From: Candidatus Sericytochromatia bacterium
GTDB lineage: Bacteria > Cyanobacteriota > Sericytochromatia > S15B-MN24 > UBA4093
Assembly: GCA_036676495.1 (NCBI GenBank)
Contig: JAKFCT010000033.1
Location: 1 to 48,624 of the forward strand
DNA length: 48,624 bases
Direction: 5' to 3'
The position numbers and the translations under genes are program-made. The notes below the pieces were generated by a model, which was given only the letters and a program-made list of their open reading frames with translations, did no database searches and was not told the origin of the DNA. The number at the start of each line of letters is the position of its first letter. Positions within the stretch are counted from its first letter, which is position 1. Positions 37,402 to 46,456 of the stretch are shown here, in pieces.

Positions 37402-40085
37402 CAGGGCTCGGGGTTGAGGCGGACGATGCCTTGGCGGGCGTCCATCTCGACGAGCTGACCGTCCTTGACGCGCTTGGTCAGGTTCTTGATGCCCACGATG
37501 GTGGGCAAGCCCAGCTCGCGGGCGACGATCGCCGAGTGGCTGAGGATGCTCCCGCGCTCGATCAGGAGGCCCGAGGCCGCCGGGTAAAGCGGGACCCAGC
37601 CGGGATCGGTGCGTTCGGCGACCAGGATCTGGCCGTTGAGGCTCATGTCGTCTTCCGGAGAGCGGATCACCCGGACGGTGTTCTTGACGGTTCCGGGGCA
37701 GCAGCTGATGCCCTTGAGGAGGTTCGGGTCGTCGGGCTCGTTCGAGTGATCGCCCTCGAAGTGGTTGGCGTGGTGGACGGTTCCGAACGTTTTGAAGCGG
37801 TCGTCGACGTCCTCCTGGCGGTAGCGGGCGAACTCGGCCTTGCGGAGGCTGGCAAGGCCCTTGAGGTCCGTGCAGGTCGCCGTGCCCTGGATGTAGCCCC
37901 AGATCTCCTCGAGGTTGAGGTAGAAGATGTCCTGCGAGTCGTCGAGGACGTCCCAACTCGCGAAGGTGGCGCCGATGGACTGGAACATGTCGCGGAGGAT
38001 GCCGAAGATCTTGGTGCGCGCGAAGCGCATGTTCTCGCGGTTCTTGACGTGGCGGCGCGCGTTGAAGACCACCCAGCGGAAGAGCGCGTGGCGCAGGGGG
38101 TTGCCGCCCAGCTTCTCCTTGACGAGTTTTTCGGCCAGCTCGCGGATCTTCCGCTCGTTGGCCTCCATCGCGGCGATGTCCAGCTTCTCCATCTTGAGGT
38201 AGTTCTTGACCATGGCGAAGACGAAGCTGGGGTCTTCCTTGAGGTTCTTCTCCTCGAGCTTCAGCTCGTTCATGCAGCGGTAGCCGTACTTGTCGAGGAA
38301 GTCCTGGACCTGCGCGCGCATCTCGGGGAAGCGCTCCTCGCCGCGCAGCCGATCCCAGATCTCGGAGTCGGGGGTCGTCTCGAAGAAGGCCTTGAGTTCG
38401 GGGTGGAGCTTGGCCGAGAGGGCCATGCGCATGATGGCCTTGGTGGGCTCGGTGGATTCGATCTCGCCCTCGCCGCAGAGGAGGTCGTTTTGCAGGGAGC
38501 CGGATTCGTCGCCGCACCAGGCGACGCAGAGCTTCTTGAGGACCCCGTAGAAGACCATGGCCGAGATGTCGGTGAGGATGGGGGCTTGCCACTTCCAGAG
38601 CAGGCGTTGCTCGAGGTCGTGGTAGCAGACCTTGATCTCGTCGGGGCGCATGGCCTTCCAGTCGAAGGTCTTGTACTCGGCGTAGGCCTGGTTGAAGTTG
38701 ACCTGGAAGCCGGCCACCGTGCGATCGATCTTGCGGTAGTGGTCGAGCATCCGGAAGGCGACCATCAGGAGCTTGGGCAGCTCGCGGTAGTCCTTGGCCT
38801 CCTTGACGTGCTCGCCCTTCTCCTTGACGCCCATCATCTGCTCCATGAAGCCCTTGTTGTAGTTGAAGCCGGGCAGCAGGGAGGTCATCTGGTACCAGTT
38901 GCCGAGGTTGTAGAAGACGCGGCCGCGGACGAGGCCGAGCAGGTTGCGGAAGGTCTGCTCGTTCTGGCGGATCACGTCGTCGGAGATGCCCAGGGCGCGG
39001 CAGACCTGGTTGTAGACGATGTTGTAGGCCTGGGAGGCGAACGAGAAGGTCAGGGGAGAGGTCACGCCCGAGTAGGATTCGGTGATGTTGGAGTTATCCC
39101 AGACGATCTCGCGGCCGATCGTGGTCTGGGGGACCTTCAGGTTGGTGATGGGGCGGGATTGCAGGATGAAGAGCCGGCCGTCGCTCAGGGCCCATTCGAT
39201 ATCCTGCGGGGCGCCGTAATGCGCCTCGATGGCCGCTCCGAGCCGTGCGAGCGCTTGGGCCTGCGCGGGAGAGAGGCATGCGACTTCCTGGAGTTCGGCG
39301 GGCACGGGGACGTCGCGGGTGCCCTGGCCGCGTTCGGCGTCGAAGGCGACCTGCATGGGCTTGGGTACCAGCTCGGCCTTGAGCTCCCACGTGCCCTTGG
39401 AGACCTTGAAGGAGTCGGTGTCGAGGGCGCCGGAGACGATGCCCTCTCCGGCGCCGTAGGTGCCGTTGATGACGATGACGTCGCGATCGCCCGTGAGGGG
39501 ATCGGCGGTGAACATGACGCCCGAGACGTCGGGGGAGACCATCTCCTGGATCACGACGGCAATCTCGATGGCCAGGGCATCCGCGCCCTTCATATGCCGG
39601 TAACTGAGGGCGCGCTCGGAATACGCCGAGGCCCAGCAGGCGCGGACGGAAGTGAGGAGGGCGTCGGGGCCCTTCACGAAGAGGAAGGAGTCCATCTGGC
39701 CGGCGAACGAGTCCTTGCTGCCGTCCTCACCGAGGGCGGAGGAGCGCACGGCGACGAACGCGTCGCCGAAGGCCGCGGCGTCGCGAAGGAGGGCGGCGCG
39801 CATCGCCTCGGAGATCGGGTGGGAGGTGATCAGGCCGTGGATGGTCTGGCTGGCGGTCCGGACCGCTTCCGGGCGGGTGAAGTCCAGCTGGGAGAGCAGC
39901 TTGCGGACTTTTTCCTGGAGGTCCGAGTCGCGCATGAAGGCGCGGAAGGTCGCGACGGGAACGGTGACGAAGCGGGGGACGGGGAAGCCCGCGTCAGAGA
40001 GGATCCGGAGGTTGGAGGCCTTGCCGCCGAGTTCGCGGTCAGTCTGGGCGTGAGCCGCTTTGGCGGCCTGTGGCGAGAGGGTCAT
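37401..40085 (-). CDS. PEP-utiliser-type phosphotransferase, RPH/PigC architecture
   Basis: N-terminal ATP-grasp (GGKA, VRSSALGED..SFAG, PQDIEW, LQSRPIT); central ~450-aa domain; C-terminal swivel domain TDPGW..GSILSHSAIVARELG; no PEP-binding barrel. Confidence 0.88.
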   Translation of the reverse strand: MTLSPQAAKAAHAQTDRELGGKASNLRILSDAGFPVPRFVTVPVATFRAFMRDSDLQEKVRKLLSQLDFTRPEAVRTASQTIHGLITSHPISEAMRAALLRDAAAFGDAFVAVRSSALGEDGSKDSFAGQMDSFLFVKGPDALLTSVRACWASAYSERALSYRHMKGADALAIEIAVVIQEMVSPDVSGVMFTADPLTGDRDVIVINGTYGAGEGIVSGALDTDSFKVSKGTWELKAELVPKPMQVAFDAERGQGTRDVPVPAELQEVACLSPAQAQALARLGAAIEAHYGAPQDIEWALSDGRLFILQSRPITNLKVPQTTIGREIVWDNSNITESYSGVTSPLTFSFASQAYNIVYNQVCRALGISDDVIRQNEQTFRNLLGLVRGRVFYNLGNWYQMTSLLPGFNYNKGFMEQMMGVKEKGEHVKEAKDYRELPKLLMVAFRMLDHYRKIDRTVAGFQVNFNQAYAEYKTFDWKAMRPDEIKVCYHDLEQRLLWKWQAPILTDISAMVFYGVLKKLCVAWCGDESGSLQNDLLCGEGEIESTEPTKAIMRMALSAKLHPELKAFFETTPDSEIWDRLRGEERFPEMRAQVQDFLDKYGYRCMNELKLEEKNLKEDPSFVFAMVKNYLKMEKLDIAAMEANERKIRELAEKLVKEKLGGNPLRHALFRWVVFNARRHVKNRENMRFARTKIFGILRDMFQSIGATFASWDVLDDSQDIFYLNLEEIWGYIQGTATCTDLKGLASLRKAEFARYRQEDVDDRFKTFGTVHHANHFEGDHSNEPDDPNLLKGISCCPGTVKNTVRVIRSPEDDMSLNGQILVAERTDPGWVPLYPAASGLLIERGSILSHSAIVARELGLPTIVGIKNLTKRVKDGQLVEMDARQGIVRLNPEP

Positions 40086-40114
40086 GCGGGTCTCCTATAT
40101 CCCAGCCGCAGGGG

Positions 40115-41062
40115 CTAGAAGGTCAGGCGGAAGCCTTGGCCGGCCAGCGAGCCGAGCGCGACGGTGAGGTAGCTGGTGAGCATCATGATGGCGGCCCAGT
40201 CGCCGAGCTTGCGGGCGCCCTTGGCGGTGGGCTTGCGCCAGAAGCGGACGAAGCCGATTTCCGTGAGGGTCAAGCCGAGGACGAAGAGCCCGAAGACGTA
40301 CGGGGGGAAGCGAAGCACGAACGCGAGGGCCAAGGCGCAAACGGCTCCCGCCATCAAGATCGTGAAGGCGAGGGCCGAGGCGGCCTCGTAGCCGAAATGC
40401 TTGGAGTAGGTATCGACCTGGTCATGCTCTTCTTCGGGAAAGCGAATCTTGCGGGACATCTCCCAGCCGAGACCCGTGCCGGCCCCCATGGCGAGTTGCA
40501 ACCAGAACAGGCCGCTCCAGCCGCCTGCAGTGGGGAAGGCGACCAGCGTGTAAACGTAAAGACAGATCAGCGGAGTGATGAGTTGATGTGTCAATGCGTA
40601 GATAACGAGGTGCTTGTTCAGCCACTCGCCGACGAAGAACTCCTTGAACATCAACAAGGCGAAGCCAATGACAACCAGACATGCTGCCAAGGCATGCAGG
40701 CCGACCAGGGCGTTCAGGGCCAGCATGACGGCTACGACCCCGATCCCGATGATCTTCAGCTCGGAGAGCGGCATGATGCCCTGGGAGACGATCCGGTCGG
40801 GGTGGCCGACGAGGTCCTTGTCGTAGTCCTTGAATTCGTCGAGCACGCGCAGGAAGAAGAGCGCGAAGAGGACGGTGACCATGCCGGCGATCGCCGGCAT
40901 CCCGAAGCTCGACGTCCCGGGCCGCAGCAGCTTCTCGGAGAGCAGGTAGCTGCTGAAGAAGAAGGCGATGACGACCACCAGGTGGGTGGCAAGCGGGAAA
41001 CGCTCGTCGAGGTAGAGCTTGAAGCGCTTCAAGAAGGGCAAGTTTACCGCGTGGGTGGCCAT
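40115..41062 (-). CDS. UbiA-like prenyltransferase family membrane protein
   Basis: About eight TM helices; DEFKDYDKDLVGHPDR Asp-rich motif; GAGGAG RBS before ATG 41062. Confidence 0.7.
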   Translation of the reverse strand: MATHAVNLPFLKRFKLYLDERFPLATHLVVVIAFFFSSYLLSEKLLRPGTSSFGMPAIAGMVTVLFALFFLRVLDEFKDYDKDLVGHPDRIVSQGIMPLSELKIIGIGVVAVMLALNALVGLHALAACLVVIGFALLMFKEFFVGEWLNKHLVIYALTHQLITPLICLYVYTLVAFPTAGGWSGLFWLQLAMGAGTGLGWEMSRKIRFPEEEHDQVDTYSKHFGYEAASALAFTILMAGAVCALALAFVLRFPPYVFGLFVLGLTLTEIGFVRFWRKPTAKGARKLGDWAAIMMLTSYLTVALGSLAGQGFRLTF

Positions 41063-41194
41063 GAATTCTCCTCTCTGGACGTCACCTCCTAGTTTTACCC
41101 GCATGACGGGCCGAATGAAAGCCCGAGTTCAACATGCTAAGGGAGGCTTCCGTCGTGGTACAAGGCTCCTGGACTGAGAAAGCGAGACGCCCGA

Positions 41195-42352
41195 GTGACT
41201 GATACCTTGCCCACGAACGCGCCCCGGCCCCCCCAGAGCGTCACCCGCACCCTCCGCTCGGAGGTTGCCGACCGCCCCTTCTTCCGCAGCATCGGCTATA
41301 GCAACTGCTGGGAGGATCCGGAAATCCTGCAAGAGGCCCTGCAAGTCGGCCCCGGGGACGTCTGCTTCTCGATCACCTCGGGCGGCTGCAACACCCTCGA
41401 TCTCTTGCGGCATGATCCGGCCCGGGTCGTCGCCCTCGACTTCAACCCCAGCCAGAACCATCTCTTGCGCCTCAAGATCGCCGCGTTCAAGGCCCTCGAC
41501 CACGGCGAGATGCTCGAACTCCTGGGCATCCGCCCCTCGAAACGCCGCGGGGCGCTCTTCCAGAAGCTCCGCCCCGCGCTTTCCGACGAGGCTCAGGAAT
41601 TTTGGGACGCGAATCAGCGGTTGATCGAGCGCGGCGTGGTGAGCTCAGGCCGCCTGGAGCGCTACTTGCTGGCCTTCGGCAAGCTCATGCGCCTCTTCTA
41701 CGGACGAAAGCGGATCATGCGCTTCTTCGCGTGCGAGTCGCTGGAGCAGCAGCGGGCCTACTACGACAAGGACATCGACGGGCCGCTCTGGCGGATGATG
41801 TTCGACGTCTTCTTCAGCCGGACCGTGATGACCCGCACCAAGGACAAGGAGCACTTCCGGCTGGTCGATTTCCGGGACTTCGGGAAGATCTTCCGCGCCC
41901 GCGCCGAGCACGCCTTCACCCGGATTCCCTCCCGGAGCAACTACTTCCTGGCGCTGATCCTGCTGGGGCGTTACCTCGACGAGGACGCGCTTCCGGCGTA
42001 CCTGGCGCGCGAGAACTTCGACACCATGCGGGCGCGGGTCGACCGCGTGGAGATCGTGACCGGCGAGATCGAGCAATACTTGCTCGGCGTGCCCGACGGC
42101 ATGTTCACCCGCTTCAACGTCTCCAACCTTTTCGACTGGATTCAGACGCCGATCTTCATCCGCCTGCACGAGGAAATCGTGCGCACGGGGCGCAACGGGG
42201 CGCGCATGGCCAACTGGAACACGCTACTGGCGCGGGCCATTCCCTCCGAGGTGCCTCAAATCGAGCGCTTATCGGAACGCGGCTCCGAGCTGCTCGCGCG
42301 CGACCGCGCCTTTCTTTATGCGAACTTCGAGGTAGGCGTCATCCGAAAGTAG
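41195..42352 (+). CDS. BtaA/DUF3419 family SAM-dependent 3-amino-3-carboxypropyltransferase-like protein
   Basis: YSNCWEDP, ITSGGCN, DFNPSQNHLLRLK, NYF, SNLFDW, DRAFLY. Confidence 0.82.
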   Translation: MTDTLPTNAPRPPQSVTRTLRSEVADRPFFRSIGYSNCWEDPEILQEALQVGPGDVCFSITSGGCNTLDLLRHDPARVVALDFNPSQNHLLRLKIAAFKALDHGEMLELLGIRPSKRRGALFQKLRPALSDEAQEFWDANQRLIERGVVSSGRLERYLLAFGKLMRLFYGRKRIMRFFACESLEQQRAYYDKDIDGPLWRMMFDVFFSRTVMTRTKDKEHFRLVDFRDFGKIFRARAEHAFTRIPSRSNYFLALILLGRYLDEDALPAYLARENFDTMRARVDRVEIVTGEIEQYLLGVPDGMFTRFNVSNLFDWIQTPIFIRLHEEIVRTGRNGARMANWNTLLARAIPSEVPQIERLSERGSELLARDRAFLYANFEVGVIRK

Positions 42353-43264
42353 CCGTCCCGTGATCACCCGCAAGGCCGAGGGGACGACGCTCAGTTCGAG
42401 CGAACGGGTCTCGGCCAGGACTTCTCCGTCGCCGATGAAGACGCGGGGCTCGGGAGAGGTAATGGTCAGCGCGCGGCCCTCGAGCATGAGCACGTCCTTG
42501 CGGCGGGTATGCTTGCCTTTGAGGCTCATCAGGATCACCGTGATGATCGATTGCAGGCGGTTGCGCTCGCGCATGAGGCACATGCCGAGCTTGCCGTCGG
42601 TCACGCGGGCGTCGGGGTAGGACGTGACGACCTTGCCGATGGACGGCTGGTTATGCACGAAGAGGGCCACTGTCCGCATGGTGCCGATTTCCCGCCCGTC
42701 CAGGGAGACGGTGAAGTCGCTGAGGATCTTGCGGGAGAAGAGCAGCAGCAGGAAGCTGTAGAGCACGTAAACCAGGCTTCCCAGCGTCTTGACGGCCTTG
42801 CGGACCCCGCCGTCGCGGGCCTTCAGGGTGTTGACGCCCACGGCGACGTCGCTGAGGACTCCCAGGCCGCCCGCGGTGGCGAAGTAGCGGTCGTTGAGGC
42901 GAATCAGGTCGATGCGGGCGGTGGCGCCGCGCCGGATCATGCGGCAGGCCTGGCGCGGGTTGCGGGGAATGCCGAGGTGGGTGGCAAGATCGTTGGCGGT
43001 GCCGGCGGGCACGACGCCCAGGGGCACGTCGGAATGCGCCAGCTGATTGAGGACGGCGTTGACGGTGCCGTCGCCGCCGACCACGATCACGAGGTCCGTG
43101 CCGTCATGCGTGGCGGCCTGGGCGGCGCGGCTCAGGGCGTCGTAGGATTCGGGGATGACGACGGAGAGCTCGCAGTCCGCGAACTCCCGGCGAATGGCGT
43201 CCAGCCTCCGGCGATCGCAGCCGTTGCGAGCCGCGCGATTGACGAGCACCGTGATCTTGCGCAA
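42269..43264 (-). CDS. Diacylglycerol/sphingosine kinase family lipid kinase
   Basis: VGGDGTVN, PAGTANDLA..LGIP, GDGE; its 3' end overlaps the DUF3419 gene. Confidence 0.85.
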   Translation of the reverse strand: MRKITVLVNRAARNGCDRRRLDAIRREFADCELSVVIPESYDALSRAAQAATHDGTDLVIVVGGDGTVNAVLNQLAHSDVPLGVVPAGTANDLATHLGIPRNPRQACRMIRRGATARIDLIRLNDRYFATAGGLGVLSDVAVGVNTLKARDGGVRKAVKTLGSLVYVLYSFLLLLFSRKILSDFTVSLDGREIGTMRTVALFVHNQPSIGKVVTSYPDARVTDGKLGMCLMRERNRLQSIITVILMSLKGKHTRRKDVLMLEGRALTITSPEPRVFIGDGEVLAETRSLELSVVPSALRVITGRLLSDDAYLEVRIKKGAVAREQLGAAFR

Positions 43265-43320
43265 ACGTTCCCCCTCCCCGTTGCCTGCTCATGCAATTGT
43301 CGCCGCTGGCGGCGCTGAAA

Positions 43321-43362
43321 CGGTTAGGCTCTGGTTAAGATCCGCTGAAGTTTCGGGTTAAT
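43321..43362 (-). promoter_or_regulatory. Pho-box-like 11-bp-periodic repeats upstream of the lipid kinase gene
   Basis: Minus strand ATTAACCC-gaaa-CTTCAGCG-gat-CTTAACCA-gag-CCTAACCG, followed by GACAAT. Confidence 0.5.
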
Positions 43363-43501
43363 CGTGCGGCGGCGGCCGGGGATGGTGCGTTCGAAGGTGA
43401 GCCGCCAAGCGCCAGCGGCGGTTGCGCAAGGCAGCGAAGCGACCGGCAGCCGCGTGTTTCGCCTGAGGTGGTTGTACCCAGCGGAAGGGGGAAAGCGTAG
43501 G

Positions 43502-44077
43502 CTAGGCCAGGGAGGGCTCGCTGATCAAGCGGCCGAAGGCTTCGTTGAGGGCGGCACTCAGGGCCGCGAGGAAACCCGCATGCTCGGCATGATAGGCGTT
43601 CGGGTCGGCGCGGGTCACGAAGAGCACGCCCAGCGGCCGATCGCCTCGGAAGAGGGGAATGGCCAGGCTGCTGCGCATGCCTTCTTCGATCAGCCGTTTG
43701 GTGCTCAGCGACGAGGGGCGCAGCGTCTGGTAGCCCTTGAGGTCGTGGATGATCCGGACGGCGCGCTCGCGAATCATCGGCTCCAGGCTGGAGCCGAGCA
43801 GGGGGCGGCTATCGCCTGCCTCCCACAAGAGGGCATGGGTGGACTGGACCCGCAAGGACATCAGGCGATGGCCGCCGTCAGTCAGGACGGCGAGGCCCAA
43901 CCGGTCGAAGGGCAGGTCCTTGCCCAGGTCGGCAGCCAGCAGGTCGAAGGCTTCGTCGAGGCTTTGGGCGGACTTCAGGCATGCGCCGAGGGCTTCCAGC
44001 CGGTCGATCTGTTCGGGAGTCGGAGGGGGGACCTCGCCTTGCAAGGGGTGCAAGAATTCGATGTCGACCATGCTCAT
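43502..44077 (-). CDS. Standalone GAF domain protein
   Basis: LPFDRLGL, EGMRSSLAIPL...LGVL, AY..EH..FL; AAGGAGG RBS. Confidence 0.8.
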   Translation of the reverse strand: MSMVDIEFLHPLQGEVPPPTPEQIDRLEALGACLKSAQSLDEAFDLLAADLGKDLPFDRLGLAVLTDGGHRLMSLRVQSTHALLWEAGDSRPLLGSSLEPMIRERAVRIIHDLKGYQTLRPSSLSTKRLIEEGMRSSLAIPLFRGDRPLGVLFVTRADPNAYHAEHAGFLAALSAALNEAFGRLISEPSLA

Positions 44078-44293
44078 CGCCTCCTTCCGTTGCTGCCTTC
44101 CACCATGGCTCCAGGACCCTGCGCCGTCAACGGAAGAAACTACCGAGAGCATGGGGGCGACCGTGAGCGTCCCTGGTCAAATCCCGTGAAACGGGGTATG
44201 CATGAGCATGGCGCAAGGAGCCACCGCCCGTTCGCGCCCTCGATCGCCACGGCGATTCGGTCGGAGAACGGGGGGCCGCTCGAGGAGGATGTG

Positions 44294-45052
44294 ATGGAAA
44301 CGGTGCCCACGGGGCTCTTCAGGCAGCTTACCCTGACGATCACGGGGAACCCCGTCTTGCCTTCCCAGCTCTCCACCCGCGTGGCGGCGGTTCCCGGATC
44401 CTCGGCCGTCCGCCCGGTCGCCGACGAGCGTCCGGTCCCCGTCACCCCCGAGATGCTGGCCCGCCGTCAAGGTTACCTCAAGGCCTTCGAACTCCTCAGC
44501 GTCGTCTACGAGGCGCTGCGCAGCGCCGCCACCAGCCGCGAAGCCCCTTCTGTCCGGCTCGCCATCTTCATCGACGGCGCCTCCCCGGCCATGAACGCTC
44601 TCCATGCCCTCTTGATGGGCTCGCTCGCCGGCACCCCCTTCTCCCGCTCCGTCCGCGCCAAGCTGGCCCGCGGGATTCACGCCCGAGAGCGCGACCACGC
44701 CAGCCTTTGGGACCTGGGCATCCGCATGGATGACAACCTGTCCCTGTCAGGGCCGGTCATGCCGCCCATGGACGCGAGCCGGCTCGCCGGCACCCTTCAC
44801 GAAGCTTGCCATGGCCCGCGCGCCCTGGCGTCGATCCTGATCGAACTTGCGGGGGAAGCATGGGGGAACGTCCTGAGCCCCGAGCATCCCGAAGTCGGCA
44901 CGGCCTGGGCCGCTTTCGCCCGCGCCCGCTGGACGGAGGCCGAACTGCGCAACCGGTCGCGCCTCTTCAGCACCCTGTCCCGCCGGCTGCTCAGCTCCCG
45001 CACCCGCCTCGATCGCCAAGAGCGCATGCTCCGTCTTCCTCTGGACTCATGA
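44294..45052 (+). CDS. Hypothetical protein, weakly FliD C-terminal-like
   Basis: GAGGAGG RBS; SLWDLGIRMD..LSL segment and a terminal coiled coil; overlaps the CDF start. Confidence 0.55.
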   Translation: METVPTGLFRQLTLTITGNPVLPSQLSTRVAAVPGSSAVRPVADERPVPVTPEMLARRQGYLKAFELLSVVYEALRSAATSREAPSVRLAIFIDGASPAMNALHALLMGSLAGTPFSRSVRAKLARGIHARERDHASLWDLGIRMDDNLSLSGPVMPPMDASRLAGTLHEACHGPRALASILIELAGEAWGNVLSPEHPEVGTAWAAFARARWTEAELRNRSRLFSTLSRRLLSSRTRLDRQERMLRLPLDS

Positions 45053-46014
45053 GCCCGGACGTCCCCGCAGAACCCCTCGATGGGCTCGCGTCGCGCCCCC
45101 TCGAAGTCCGCAAAGTCCTCTGGATCGTCCTCGGCCTCAACCTGGCCGTCGCCGCCGTCAAGGCCCTCGTCGGCTTCTGGACCGGCTCGCTGGGCGTGGT
45201 GGGCGACGCCCTTCACTCGACCACCGACGGCCTCTCCAATATCGTCGGGCTCGTCGGCATTCACTACGCCATCTCCCCGCCCGACCGGGAGCATCCTTAC
45301 GGCCATGCCAAGTTCGAGACCCTGGCGGGCTTCGGCATCGCGGGCTTCCTGCTGATCACCGGCTTCGAGCTGCTCCAGCAGGCCATTCAGCGCCTCCTTC
45401 ACCCGGGAACCCACGTCATCGACGCCAGTCTCCCCGCCATCCTCCTGCTGGCCAGCACCTTCCTGGTCAACATCGGGGTCACCATGTACGAGGCCCGGGA
45501 GGCCAAACGGCTCGACAGCGATCTCCTCGCCGCCGATGCCTCGCACACCCGTAGCGACCTGCTGGTCACGCTCAGCCTGATTGGCGGCATCATCCTGGCC
45601 AACCAGGGCCTGCCCTGGCTGGATCCCGTCCTCACGCTCGGCATCGCCGGAGTGATCCTCTTCAGCGGCCTGCGCATCATCCGGGTGAACATGCCGACCC
45701 TGGTCGACGAGGCCTACCTCGACCCCGACGAGATTTGCCGGGTCGCCCTGGCGTGCTCCGGCGTGCTGGCTTGCCGGACGGTCCGGACGCGCGGGAGGCC
45801 CGGGATGGCCTTCACCGAGCTCACCATCGACGTGCCCTCGGATCTTTCCGTCGCCGAGGCCCATCACATCACCGATCAACTCGAAAACGACCTGATCGCG
45901 CGCTTCGGCCCCATGGAGATCGTGATCCACGTCGAGCCCGCCGACCCGAAAGGGTCCCGTCCGGAGGACGGAACCCTTTGCGTGGAGCCGGATGCGCGCG
46001 ACACATCGTATTAA
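45049..46014 (+). CDS. Cation diffusion facilitator family transporter
   Basis: DALHSTTD, PPDREHPYGHAKFE, ADASHTRSD, EAHHI, IHVEP. Confidence 0.92.
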   Translation: MSPDVPAEPLDGLASRPLEVRKVLWIVLGLNLAVAAVKALVGFWTGSLGVVGDALHSTTDGLSNIVGLVGIHYAISPPDREHPYGHAKFETLAGFGIAGFLLITGFELLQQAIQRLLHPGTHVIDASLPAILLLASTFLVNIGVTMYEAREAKRLDSDLLAADASHTRSDLLVTLSLIGGIILANQGLPWLDPVLTLGIAGVILFSGLRIIRVNMPTLVDEAYLDPDEICRVALACSGVLACRTVRTRGRPGMAFTELTIDVPSDLSVAEAHHITDQLENDLIARFGPMEIVIHVEPADPKGSRPEDGTLCVEPDARDTSY

Positions 46015-46056
46015 CTCCAGGTTGCACTACCCTCGCCGCGGGCGCCGGAGTGGGCC

Positions 46057-46290
46057 TTACGCGCGCTGCCGCGGCATGACCCCGTGAAGCTCGCCTGCCG
46101 CGAGCAGGGGCTCCGGCCAGGTTCGGGTCTCGCGGCCGCGCCACGTGGCGATCGCCCCCTCGACGGTCAGGTCGTCAGGCAAGGACGCCTCGGGCATGCC
46201 GGGGTCGCTGCCCTGTGGGTCGCAAACGGCGCTCTGCGGGAGTTCCGGCCGGGACGGTCTCTCGAACGGATAAACGAACGGGGCATCCAT
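46057..46290 (-). CDS. Small hypothetical protein (77 aa)
   Basis: Strong AAAGGAGGT RBS before ATG 46290; otherwise unsupported. Confidence 0.4.
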   Translation of the reverse strand: MDAPFVYPFERPSRPELPQSAVCDPQGSDPGMPEASLPDDLTVEGAIATWRGRETRTWPEPLLAAGELHGVMPRQRA

Positions 46291-46456
46291 GGGGAACCTC
46301 CTTTCGCCAACGTCGGACCTGCTGTACCCTCCATGTAAGCCGGTTCTCCCCGTCCCCGCCACGGGGGGAAGTACCGATCCGGTATTGACTACGGACGTCG
46401 TCGTTATGCCCAAAAGCTACGCTACTAGGGATTCACGACCACGTCAGGAGAGTTAC

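Noticed and set aside
36301-38592. 763-aa ORF
   Set aside because: The upstream part is an alternative frame of the phosphotransferase gene; the real protein starts at 37401.
37431-40118. 895-aa antisense ORF and other long shadow ORFs (e.g. 1652-3574, 17235-18923, 11713-13269)
   Set aside because: They mirror real genes, have no motifs, and are expected in high-GC DNA with strong codon bias.
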